Virus record (IMG/VR): IMGVR_UViG_2910123500_000001
Location: 1 to 48,939 of that record
Strand: one strand, 5' to 3'
DNA: 48,939 nt
DNA from: a virus
Shown: positions 34,326 to 42,877 of the stretch, one piece after another
How the letters are laid out: every line of letters starts with the position of its first letter
How positions within the stretch are numbered: position 1 is the stretch's first letter
Notes under the pieces: generated by a model
What the model saw: the letters and a program-made list of their open reading frames with translations, nothing else
What the model was told of the DNA's origin: nothing
Database searches by the model: none
Program-made: the position numbers and the translations under genes

Positions 34326-34453
34326 TCTGTGATCTGCTGTTGCAGGAGCCAGACAGCACGGCGGCGGGCTTGTCTAGCGGTCAGCTCTGGGCTGGCGGAC
34401 TGGATGCGAGCGGCCAGAGCTTCGATCGTCGGTCGGTCAGCTTTTTGGGTCAT
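34322..34453 (-). CDS. Small protein (43 aa), paralog of the 25361-25540 ORF
   Basis: Hand translation gives MTQKADRPTIEALAARIQSASPELTARQARRRAVWLLQQQITE. Confidence 0.4.
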   Translation of the reverse strand: MTQKADRPTIEALAARIQSASPELTARQARRRAVWLLQQQITE

Positions 34454-34505
34454 AGGTCATCGCTTTGATTTTGAGAATTTACGATCGCACTCAACGGCCA
34501 GAGCG

Positions 34506-35225
34506 CTACTGCTGCAGACGTTTGCGGATATCCTTGCGGGCCTGCAACCTGCCCTCAATCTCGGCGAGCTGACGGGCCATCTCCTTCTCGTAGGCCCGTT
34601 CCCTGATTAGTTCCAACTCGGCCTCTCCGGCCTCCACCTCGCCCAAATCATCGGCATCTATCTCAGCTACGAGGGCGTCGAGCTTGTTTTTGGCGCTGAG
34701 AACGATTGCCCCTCGCTCCTTCTCAAGCTCCTCCTTGCGAGTTTTCCAGTTTTCGGCAACGGACTCTTTAGGAATGGTGGTAACAGCCTCAGGCAGTGCT
34801 CCCACAACCTCTGCGAGACCGTGAATCCAAGCGGCCCCGGTTAGCTGGTCTGCCCTCTGAAAATACGCCTGCATAAGCGACTTCCCTAGCTCAGTAAACT
34901 TGTCATCCGCCTTCAACAGGTCGCTTGAGACGACCTGAATCAGAGCTTTATAAGCTTTCCTTACGGCTGTATCGCTAACGCCAAACTCACGGGCCAGCTC
35001 GCGGGCCGAAAATGCCCCGTCTGCTTTGTCGTGAGTCGAAAATAGGCTCCCAATCTCGCTCCAGTAGTTAATCGGTTCGACCTGGTTCGCAGCAGGTTCG
35101 GGGGTGGTTTGCTCTTGGTTCTCATTCGGTTCGATATTGCTGGACTTCTCGGTTTGTTGCTCGGTTCCTTCGTCAATCAGCATCTGTTTTTTCCTTGTTT
35201 TGGCAAAGTTTTTGGCGCGGTTCAT
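34506..35225 (-). CDS. HTH plus coiled-coil protein, first gene of the minus-strand operon
   Basis: FSARELAREFGVSDTAVRKAYKAL is HTH-like. The C-terminal half is charged and helical. Confidence 0.45.
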   Translation of the reverse strand: MNRAKNFAKTRKKQMLIDEGTEQQTEKSSNIEPNENQEQTTPEPAANQVEPINYWSEIGSLFSTHDKADGAFSARELAREFGVSDTAVRKAYKALIQVVSSDLLKADDKFTELGKSLMQAYFQRADQLTGAAWIHGLAEVVGALPEAVTTIPKESVAENWKTRKEELEKERGAIVLSAKNKLDALVAEIDADDLGEVEAGEAELELIRERAYEKEMARQLAEIEGRLQARKDIRKRLQQ

Positions 35226-35402
35226 GAGCGGTTCGCGTGAAGAGTTTTGTCAGTTCGCAAACCAGGTTCGCACATTCTCAATATACCGCATGGGTAGGGC
35301 ATGGGTGGAGCACTCATGCCGAATTAGTCACAATCCTATAACTTACGGGTACTGCATGGGTGCTTGATTGCGTAGGATTGGGCTAGTGATTAGTGAGCAG
35401 CC
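35226..35402. promoter_or_regulatory. Divergent promoter/operator region
   Basis: GTTCGC x3 (35231, 35253, 35266), GCATGGGT x3, and AATCCTA...TAGGATT inverted repeat. Confidence 0.5.
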
Positions 35403-35702
35403 ATGCCAGATGAACAGCCAATGAAGGATTGCGATTGGAGCAAAGTCACGCTCCCAAGGCCCTCCAAAGCTCAATCAAGGCCTTCCATTGGTGAGCTGAG
35501 TGACCTGGACTGGGCCAAGCTGATGGTGGTCTCCAAGCTCATCCACAAGTCAATTGCGTCAGTGCTGCAAACTGCCGTGATCACTTATCTCAACCGCAAC
35601 TGGCATAACCACCTGGAGCGGCTGCACATAGTCGCTAACCGCGAGAACATCAGCATCGAAGAGGCTTTTGAGAAAATCGTTAAGGAAGAATTGGAGCCAT
35701 GA
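35403..35702 (+). CDS. Ribbon-helix-helix regulator (putative)
   Basis: SIGELSDLDWAKLMVVSKLIHKSIASVLQTAVITYLNRNW fits an RHH pattern. Confidence 0.4.
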   Translation: MPDEQPMKDCDWSKVTLPRPSKAQSRPSIGELSDLDWAKLMVVSKLIHKSIASVLQTAVITYLNRNWHNHLERLHIVANRENISIEEAFEKIVKEELEP

Positions 35703-36163
35703 CCCAAGTTTGTGTTTGCGATCGCTGCCGTGTGCCGGCAACTGAGGAAACGATGTCACTCACCGGCTGGTGGCACCTGGTCACCGAGTCTAAAAAGAGC
35801 CGCCCCGCAAAGCCTAAAGGCCAACCGCGCCTCAAAGCTGATATTTGCCAGCCGTGCATTGAGGAAATGGGACTGCGCACGAATCTTGAGCCAACTCGGG
35901 GAGAGCTGTACCTACGCTGGATGAAGGAACACCCAGGTCGCTCAGCAATAGAAGGGCTGCGCAAGACTGCTCTGGCCGATGCCTACATTGAAGATACGTT
36001 TTGCGATCGCTGTGAAGAGATTTGCTCTGAGCAGTACGTGCGGCTGGAGAGCACCTGGCTGACTGAGGCTCAGGAAAAGGTCTGCATAGACTTGTGCCCT
36101 AGCTGCGCTGCGGCAGTAGAGATGCCCGTTGCGCCGCTGGAGAGCCAAGCGCTAAGTGTGTGA
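35699..36163 (+). CDS. Multi-CxxC zinc-finger protein
   Basis: CVCDRC, CQPC, CDRCEEIC and CPSC pairs. Confidence 0.45.
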   Translation: MTQVCVCDRCRVPATEETMSLTGWWHLVTESKKSRPAKPKGQPRLKADICQPCIEEMGLRTNLEPTRGELYLRWMKEHPGRSAIEGLRKTALADAYIEDTFCDRCEEICSEQYVRLESTWLTEAQEKVCIDLCPSCAAAVEMPVAPLESQALSV

Positions 36164-36194
36164 TCTAGGGCAAACTGTGGACAGGAACAAACGC

Positions 36195-36228
36195 AAAAGC
36201 CCCCTGGCCTTAGGCCGGGGGGCTTTTT
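36195..36228. terminator. Bidirectional rho-independent terminator
   Basis: AAAA-GCCCCCTGGCC-tta-GGCCGGGGGGC-TTTTT, located between convergent genes. Confidence 0.75.
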
Positions 36229-36243
36229 GTTGAAAACTTGGTC

Positions 36244-36978
36244 TCAGCCTGCGGGTTTGACTACCAGCATTACAAAGCCCAGATCCTCGGAAAAGCTTAG
36301 GGTGTAGGTTTTACCGTCATGAGCAGTTTGAATTTCCGTGTCGGAAGTTGAGGCAAGAGTGTCCAAGCCATTTCGTAGCCAGTCTTTGCCGCCGTCCCAT
36401 CCCGGTGAGGCAAGATGCATAAAACCCGTGAGGTGAACAGAGTTTTCGGCTAGAGCATAGTCATCGTCATTCGGTAAACCCGCAATCATGGTTGCCTGCG
36501 TTAGCTCGTTATCAGGGCCGATTAACTCAACATGAACTAGGTTGTTTTCAGAGGTTCCCTGCACCCTAGGTTGGCCACCAACGGGAGAGCTTTGCTCAAA
36601 AACAAAGCCAATTTCAGGCTTTTCAAATATGCTCTGAAAGCCAGCCCTGGAGAGGCCGATACCGGCTGGTGCCTCTAGTGCCGGTGCAGGCTCTGGTGCT
36701 GCAGCCACTTGCTGCACGGGCGGGGCAGCAGCCACCTCAACAGCGGCAGGATCTGTGGCAATGAGGCTGACGAGGGGCGCGGAGCAGAAAATCAAGCTTC
36801 TAATGAGCAGGCGCTTGGGCACGGAGTATTTGCCTAAAAGCCTTCCGGTAGGCGGTGCGACGGAGGTGGCCATGGTGAGCATTGCTAGGGCTATGCCGAT
36901 CTGGCTAACGCTGACAAGAGCGCAGAGGCCGAACAGGCCAGTGAAGGCCCAGCCTGCGCGGGTCGTGAAGGTTTTCAT
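36244..36978 (-). CDS. Membrane-anchored or secreted protein (accessory gene)
   Basis: N-terminal hydrophobic segments, a Pro/Ala linker and a C-terminal globular domain. Confidence 0.5.
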   Translation of the reverse strand: MKTFTTRAGWAFTGLFGLCALVSVSQIGIALAMLTMATSVAPPTGRLLGKYSVPKRLLIRSLIFCSAPLVSLIATDPAAVEVAAAPPVQQVAAAPEPAPALEAPAGIGLSRAGFQSIFEKPEIGFVFEQSSPVGGQPRVQGTSENNLVHVELIGPDNELTQATMIAGLPNDDDYALAENSVHLTGFMHLASPGWDGGKDWLRNGLDTLASTSDTEIQTAHDGKTYTLSFSEDLGFVMLVVKPAG

Positions 36979-37091
36979 GAGCTAGGAACAGAAACGCTTA
37001 GCTCAGAATTCCCGGCAGCTTGAGCCGATTCCCGTTGGATGTTATGAGGCAGATATGATTTGATGCTCAAAGGCTAACCTGAGGGCTGCAA

Positions 37092-37823
37092 ATGATGCTA
37101 ACCGAGTACCTGGAGCAGTTTGACCGGATCGAGGGGTGGTTGCATAAGCCGACAGCCATCATGACCTTTAGGCTATGCGAGTTTCAAAGGCACATGCGGT
37201 TCGCTGGGAACCTGGTGGAGATTGGGACTTACCACGGTCGCTACTTTTTTGCGTTTTCCGGTGCAGCGGAAAAGGGAGAGATCTGCATCGCGGTTGACCT
37301 GTTTGAGGACCAGGCCCGCAATGAGGACTTGCCGGGCTATGACGAGGTGGGCTCAACGGGCATCCATTCCTTGACCCAGGACATTTTCAGGGACCATGCC
37401 AGAAATCTGCTGCCAGAGCACAATGTGCTGATAGTTCAGGCCTCCTCGCTCGACATCAGCCCACGCCACCTAATGCCCAACGGGCTACAGGCCAGGTTCT
37501 TTTCCATAGACGGTGGCCACTCTGCTACGGTCTTTAAGCACGACCTGCTGCTGGCTGAGCAGGTCATTGCAGAGCACGGCATCATCGCAATCGATGACAT
37601 CCTCAACCCCCAGTGGCCTGGCATCATCACCGAGGTGATCCGTTACCTCGACCGGGGAGAGCCACAGCTCAAGCCGATTGCGTTTCTGCCCAACAAACTG
37701 CTGCTGGGTAAGGGAAATTTCGTGGAGCTGTATAAGAGCTTCCTCCGGGTCAAGTTCCCGGAGGCCCTAGAGCGCAAGGATGCAGAGCTTTCAACCTTCT
37801 TGGTTGACCAGTACCGAGGCTGA
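37092..37823 (+). CDS. Class I SAM-dependent methyltransferase (Methyltransf_24/CmcI-like)
   Basis: LVEIGTYHGRYFF...IAVDLFED...FFSIDGGHS...GIIAIDDI pattern. Confidence 0.55.
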   Translation: MMLTEYLEQFDRIEGWLHKPTAIMTFRLCEFQRHMRFAGNLVEIGTYHGRYFFAFSGAAEKGEICIAVDLFEDQARNEDLPGYDEVGSTGIHSLTQDIFRDHARNLLPEHNVLIVQASSLDISPRHLMPNGLQARFFSIDGGHSATVFKHDLLLAEQVIAEHGIIAIDDILNPQWPGIITEVIRYLDRGEPQLKPIAFLPNKLLLGKGNFVELYKSFLRVKFPEALERKDAELSTFLVDQYRG

Positions 37824-37931
37824 TGCAGTTTCGAGGGCTTTTACCTACGAAAGTCTCAATTTGAGCGCCCTAGCCCTGATTTCTGGTTCAGAATAAAACC
37901 GTTAGGGCAAATGTTTGCATAACGGGACTTC

Positions 37932-38588
37932 ATGGTTTCTACGCCTCTGCAACACACGCTGATCAAAGAGCGGATTCTTGCGAACCTTAAGGCTGAATAC
38001 CCCTTTATCGTCGATTGCTCAATACAGCTAGCAGCCAACGGATGGCAACTGGGCATCCGCACGGATCCAATGCCAGATGGCTTTTTTGATGAGATGGGCA
38101 ACGTGCTAGCGATCGCAGAGCGTGTTGCAGAATTTCGCACCCTGAAACTCAATGACAATCAGCCTGTTGAGGCAGAGGGGCTACGGGCCTGGTGCGAGCA
38201 ACTTTTCACGGACGACTCAGGGGAGGGTGACCTCAAGGAGCTGTGCAGATTCCTGATGAAGGATGCCAGACAGCTCCGCAGCATCATCACCATCAGCCCC
38301 AGCGGGGTTTACCTCAGCTTCATCCCACAGCAGGGGCAAAGGTCCAAGGTAGCCCCCAATGAGCTTTTGGGAAAAACCATTGCTCAGGTAATTGGCCAGA
38401 CGGCCCATGACGAAATTATCAGCGCCGTCAGACGGTCTCAAAGCACTGGCCAGGACCAGTTCTGCGTGTATGAGGCGGTGTTTGGCGACGGGGAGAGGCA
38501 GCGCTACACCGCCAGAGTCTCAGCTAAGCCAGATGGGTCACTTGCTTGGCTTGCCGTTACCCGTCTTGAATCCATTTCTCACGACTAG
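37932..38588 (+). CDS. Hypothetical protein with a PAS-like C-terminal domain
   Basis: LLGKTIAQVIGQ...YEAVFGDGERQRYTARVSAKPDGSLAWLAVTRL is PAS-like. Its 3' end overlaps the convergent gene by 51 nt. Confidence 0.35.
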   Translation: MVSTPLQHTLIKERILANLKAEYPFIVDCSIQLAANGWQLGIRTDPMPDGFFDEMGNVLAIAERVAEFRTLKLNDNQPVEAEGLRAWCEQLFTDDSGEGDLKELCRFLMKDARQLRSIITISPSGVYLSFIPQQGQRSKVAPNELLGKTIAQVIGQTAHDEIISAVRRSQSTGQDQFCVYEAVFGDGERQRYTARVSAKPDGSLAWLAVTRLESISHD

Positions 38589-38915
38589 GTCACCGTTCGC
38601 GGCTCTGACGCCAATAATCACTTCCTGAAGGGCGAACATGGTTACCGGGTCACCGTTGGGAAATTTGAAGGAGCCCATAGCTTCGAGGGCAAAGGCAATT
38701 CCAGAGTTGGGGAGCGAGGCGAAACTGGTGCTCTGGTACCGCTGAAACATGGATCTTGGTGGAGAGTAGCCGGTTTTTTCCTTGAGAAGGTCCACAAAGT
38801 CCTGCCAATTTTCTAACCCCAACTGCTCTCGACAGTGAAGCAAAACCATTGAGTACGCTTCGATTCCAGCCCTAGACGCCTTGGTTGGATCCATAAGTTT
38901 GAGATTTGAGGTCAC
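38538..38915 (-). CDS. Candidate CI-like repressor (HTH)
   Basis: Divergent from the RHH and replication operon. Contains LGLENWQDFVDLLKEKTGYSPPRSMFQRYQ. Start is GTG at 38915 or ATG at 38894. Confidence 0.35.
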   Translation of the reverse strand: MTSNLKLMDPTKASRAGIEAYSMVLLHCREQLGLENWQDFVDLLKEKTGYSPPRSMFQRYQSTSFASLPNSGIAFALEAMGSFKFPNGDPVTMFALQEVIIGVRAANGDLVVRNGFKTGNGKPSK

Positions 38916-39061
38916 ACATCCATGATTCAGGATTTAACCCCGATCCTAGGGTTTTTCGGGTGAGCGTCTCCTAACTTTCCTGAATCTTGGTACTTACTGT
39001 TGCGATCGCAAGAGTTAGATCGTACACTCAGGATCGCGGATTCAAGATTGGAGTGAAGAAA
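38916..39061. promoter_or_regulatory. Divergent promoter/operator region (immunity-like)
   Basis: TCAGGA/TCCTGA cores at 38927, 38978 and 39028. ATTCAGGA (38925) and TCCTGAAT (38978) form an 8-bp inverted repeat. Confidence 0.45.
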
Positions 39062-39304
39062 ATGCCCCGAGGCGATCACCTAGCTGGAATTAATGTCTAC
39101 AGGTCCACGCAGAAGCGACTCTCCACGTTCTGCCGACTGACTGGCCGCTCTCAGGTTTGGGTTATCAGCACGTCTATCGAAGAGTGGCTAGCCAAACAGC
39201 CGGAGGCACAGAAGGTGGAGGAAATGCTGGCAGAAGAGGCCGCAAAAGCATCTCAGGAGCAGGAGGAGGAGCAATTGCTCTCCCCAAAGCAGCGAGCGGC
39301 TTAG
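39062..39304 (+). CDS. Ribbon-helix-helix Cro-like regulator (putative)
   Basis: GINVYRSTQKRLSTFCRLTGRSQVWVISTSIEEWL fits an RHH pattern. Confidence 0.4.
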   Translation: MPRGDHLAGINVYRSTQKRLSTFCRLTGRSQVWVISTSIEEWLAKQPEAQKVEEMLAEEAAKASQEQEEEQLLSPKQRAA

Positions 39305-39316
39305 CGGTTAATAAAG

Positions 39317-39348
39317 AGCCCCCACAGGTAGGACTGTGAGGGCTTTTG
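39317..39348 (+). terminator. Rho-independent terminator (one mismatch in the stem)
   Basis: AGCCCCCACAG-gtagga-CTGTGAGGGCT followed by TTTT. Confidence 0.55.
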
Positions 39349-39596
39349 AGAATTTTTTACTTCAACAAATTGCAGCCCAAAGGGGGCAACAACTTGGATA
39401 TCGCAGTGACGGGCACCGAAACGCAGGCGTCGCAGTGACGAGCATCACAACGATGGCTATCTTAATGAATCTAACACGAAGCAACACTCGGAATCGGGAC
39501 GGAATTCCCGAACAGTCAGATTTTACATGCACTTCACCCGCTCAGTCAGCTTGCTTAAGCACGCTGCTGCAGTGCGATCGCTCGGTAGTGAGTTCA

Positions 39597-39623
39597 GGCG
39601 TGGCTTTGGCCGACGCCTTTTTG
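39597..39623 (+). terminator. Terminator/attenuator-like hairpin just upstream of the primase-helicase start
   Basis: GGCGTGGC-tttg-GCCGACGCC (one bulge) followed by TTTTTGTTTG. The ATG lies at 39644. Confidence 0.45.
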
Positions 39624-39643
39624 TTTGCTGTTTTGAGGTTCTG

Positions 39644-42600
39644 ATGGTTTCGATAGACACTCCACCTGCCCCAAGTCATATCGCCCCAAAGCACTGGCAG
39701 GAATGGGTTACAGGCAGCCAAGTATCTCCCCATATTGCGGCACTTAATCTGTCTGAATACTCCGGTCAGGCGGTCATTGAGATGCTGGCTGACAAGCCCC
39801 TTAGCAAGCTGGGGCCACACTCAAAAATCTATGTCACCGCTGGGATGAGGCGCATTTTGCAGCGCTACGAAGGCCCTAGCCAGGGGGGATGGGGTCTTTT
39901 TGGGCTTGACCCGCTCAACGACTGGCAGCAGTCGAGCTGGTTCAGGTTCAAGCCTGACACTCCTCACTTTGACTCAGAGCGACAGCGCCCGGTCAAATAC
40001 GAGAGCCCAGCCGGGGAACCAACCCGCGCTACGTTCCTGCGCGTGAGTTACGCCGATTCAGTTTTAACAGCAGAGAGGATCAAAGACAGTTATGAAACAG
40101 CGTACTGTGCATTCCGGTCAAGGCTTTATGACAAGCTCCAACAAGCGGCGAAAGCCAAGGGCCAGCAACTACAAAGTTCACAAGAGCCCGCTACTGGAAG
40201 TGATGACGATAGACCTGCACAGATTTTTGAGGGGGATGCCTGGTTCGCAGCCGCCAGAGGTCAGTTCAAAAAAGCTCATCAAATCCTGAGCCAGGCACGA
40301 GAACCCATTGAGGATGAAGGCTTCTGGCCGTGGGTAGACCGCTTCGTTTTACCTGTGGCTATTGTCGAGGGGGAGAAGAAGGCTGGGGCCATGCTCTCTC
40401 TCGGTATCCCCGCGATCGCAATTCCAGGTATTCGCAACGCCGTGCGCACCCGTGACAAAGAGGGCAACCGGCTGCTGGAGCCCTACCTCATCCCAGAGCT
40501 AAAACACTTTGCCACGGAGAACCGAGAGGTCACGGTCTGCTTTGACTACGAAACCCGCCAGGAGCAGCGGCTGGAGCTAGACCTGGAAATCGAAAAAATC
40601 AAGGTGCAGTTCAGCAGGGCCAAATGCCAGGTGAAGGTGCTGGAGCTGCCTGGCCCCCAGAAGGGGGTGGACGATTTCATAGTGGCGCACGGCTGGGAAG
40701 CTTTTGCAGCGCTCTACGATGGCGCTCCTAGCTTTGAGCTTTGGACGGTGATCCGCTACAGCAGGCTGACCTACAAAACCGATCTGGAGCTTAACCAGCG
40801 CTATTTAGGAGACATCCCCATCCCGCCCACAGCGAAGCTTATTGCCATCAGCTCACCCAAAGGCACCGGCAAAACCGAGAGCTTCCGGTCGCTGGTGGAA
40901 GAGGCCAGCGCTCGCGGCCAGCGCACCCTGCTTATCACTCACCGAGTGCAGCTGGGTCAGGCCATTTGCGATCGCGTCTACCTGCCCTACGTGACCGAGC
41001 TGCGCAGCAGCGAGGAGGGCTCGCTGCTGGGCTATGGCGTGTGCATCGATAGCTTGCACCCCGAGTCTCAAGCCCGGTTCAATGCCGAGGACTGGAGCAA
41101 TGCGCTGGTCATTATCGACGAATGCGAGCAGGTTGTTTGGCACCTGCTGAGCGCCACCACAGAGGTCAAAAATCGCCGGGTCGAAGTGCTCAAGCAGCTG
41201 CAGACCTTGCTCAACGGCGTGCTGGCCAGCGACAGGGGCCGCATTGTTCTCTCCGATGCCGACCTGTCAGATCTGAGCCTCGATTTTGTTCATTCCCTGC
41301 TCAACAACCGGCTCAAGTTTGAGTCCTTTGTGGTGGCCAACCGCTACCAGCCGCAGGAGCCTTGGGAGGTAACGCTCTACCGCCAGAGCAAGCCCGCCCA
41401 ATGGATGGCAGCACTGCTGGAGCACATCGGCGACGGGGGCAAGCCCTTCGTAGTTACGCAGTCGCAAAAAACGAAATCCAAGTGGAGCACCACCACGCTG
41501 GAGAAGCTGCTCAATGAGCGATACCCAGAGCTGCGGGTGCTGCGCATTGATAGCCAAAGCGTGGCCGACCCCAGCCACCCAGCCTACCTCTGCACCTCCA
41601 ACCTCAATGAGGTACTGCTGGGGTATGACGCGGTGATAGCCTCTCCCACCATCGAAACCGGGGTGAGCATCGACATCAGAGGCCACTTCACCAGCGTCTG
41701 GGGCTGTATGCAGGGTGTGCTGCCTGAGAACTCTGCCAGGCAGTCACTGGCCCGGGTGCGAGAGCCGGTGCCCAGGCACATCTGGTGCAGCCCTTTTGGG
41801 GTAGGCCGAGTTGGCAACGGCGGCACATCTGTGCGCTCAATCCTGGCCGCAGAGTACAAGCTCGCTAAGCGCAGCGCCCAGGTGCTCAGCTACGCAGCCC
41901 TGGGAGATGACATGATCTCGGCCTTTGGCTCGGTGCTGCGAATTTGGGCAGCAATGGCCTGCCGCATCAATGCGGGAGCAGTTCGCTATCGGGACTCGGT
42001 ACTCTACGGCCTGCAGCAAGAGGGGCACACCGTTACGGAGGACGACCAGGTGCGGCCCATTGTGGGGTTAAACGTTGACCTGGAAAAAATTAAGCGGGAG
42101 CAGTTCGCCAAGGAATGCGAAGCCACTTCAGCTGAGGAGGAGATTCACACCGAGCGCGAGTATGAGGAGCTGAAGGGCAAAAAGGCCAAAACCAAATCCG
42201 AGTGGTATAAGCAGCGGAAATACGAAATTCAGCAGCGCTACGGGCAGGAGGTGACCCCCGAGCTGGTGGCAAAAGATGCTGACGGTTGGTATCCCCAGCT
42301 CAGGCTTTTCTACTACCTCACCCTCGGCAATAGCTTTCTGGCAGAGCGCGATCGGGGAGCTTTTGACACCCAGCTGAAATCTGGTGCTGCCTGGCTACCC
42401 ACCCTCAACCGCTCGCAACTAAGCCTGCGGGTGAAGGCCCTCGACTACCTGGGCATCAAAAAGCTTTTCAACACCCAGGAGTGCTTTAACGGTGGCACCA
42501 GGGCCGATGAGGCCGAGATTGAGGCGGGCGATCGCACTCACTACGATGATGCACACCCCCTCCTCTTGGAGGTCGCCGAGGCGGCCCGCAAATTCAGCTG

Positions 42601-42877
42601 GGAGATCAGGGCCATTTTGGGCATCACCACTAGTGAGAAAATGTCGCCAATACAGATCTGCCAGGCTCTTTTGGGCAAGGTAGGCATAAAGCTTGAGTGT
42701 GTTTGCCAAGAGGGTCCGCGTGGAGCCAGGCAGCGCATTTACAGGTTTAGACAGCCGCAGGACGGAAGGGCTGAAGTCCTTGAAGGCTGGTATCTGCGAG
42801 ACGTTTCAGCTCATGACGCCGGGGGAGCGGTGCACACCCCTGGTAATAAAGAGATTTACTCTGGGGAGGCCGCATGA
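39644..42877 (+). CDS. Toprim primase-like plus P-loop helicase replication protein (DUF3854-type N-terminus)
   Basis: HWQEWVTGSQVSPHIAALN, Toprim-like VAIVEGEKKAGAMLSLGIPAIAIPG, Walker A SSPKGTGKTES and Walker B LVIIDECEQ. The ATG at 39644 has a GAGG Shine-Dalgarno sequence. Confidence 0.7.
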   Translation: MVSIDTPPAPSHIAPKHWQEWVTGSQVSPHIAALNLSEYSGQAVIEMLADKPLSKLGPHSKIYVTAGMRRILQRYEGPSQGGWGLFGLDPLNDWQQSSWFRFKPDTPHFDSERQRPVKYESPAGEPTRATFLRVSYADSVLTAERIKDSYETAYCAFRSRLYDKLQQAAKAKGQQLQSSQEPATGSDDDRPAQIFEGDAWFAAARGQFKKAHQILSQAREPIEDEGFWPWVDRFVLPVAIVEGEKKAGAMLSLGIPAIAIPGIRNAVRTRDKEGNRLLEPYLIPELKHFATENREVTVCFDYETRQEQRLELDLEIEKIKVQFSRAKCQVKVLELPGPQKGVDDFIVAHGWEAFAALYDGAPSFELWTVIRYSRLTYKTDLELNQRYLGDIPIPPTAKLIAISSPKGTGKTESFRSLVEEASARGQRTLLITHRVQLGQAICDRVYLPYVTELRSSEEGSLLGYGVCIDSLHPESQARFNAEDWSNALVIIDECEQVVWHLLSATTEVKNRRVEVLKQLQTLLNGVLASDRGRIVLSDADLSDLSLDFVHSLLNNRLKFESFVVANRYQPQEPWEVTLYRQSKPAQWMAALLEHIGDGGKPFVVTQSQKTKSKWSTTTLEKLLNERYPELRVLRIDSQSVADPSHPAYLCTSNLNEVLLGYDAVIASPTIETGVSIDIRGHFTSVWGCMQGVLPENSARQSLARVREPVPRHIWCSPFGVGRVGNGGTSVRSILAAEYKLAKRSAQVLSYAALGDDMISAFGSVLRIWAAMACRINAGAVRYRDSVLYGLQQEGHTVTEDDQVRPIVGLNVDLEKIKREQFAKECEATSAEEEIHTEREYEELKGKKAKTKSEWYKQRKYEIQQRYGQEVTPELVAKDADGWYPQLRLFYYLTLGNSFLAERDRGAFDTQLKSGAAWLPTLNRSQLSLRVKALDYLGIKKLFNTQECFNGGTRADEAEIEAGDRTHYDDAHPLLLEVAEAARKFSWEIRAILGITTSEKMSPIQICQALLGKVGIKLECVCQEGPRGARQRIYRFRQPQDGRAEVLEGWYLRDVSAHDAGGAVHTPGNKEIYSGEAA

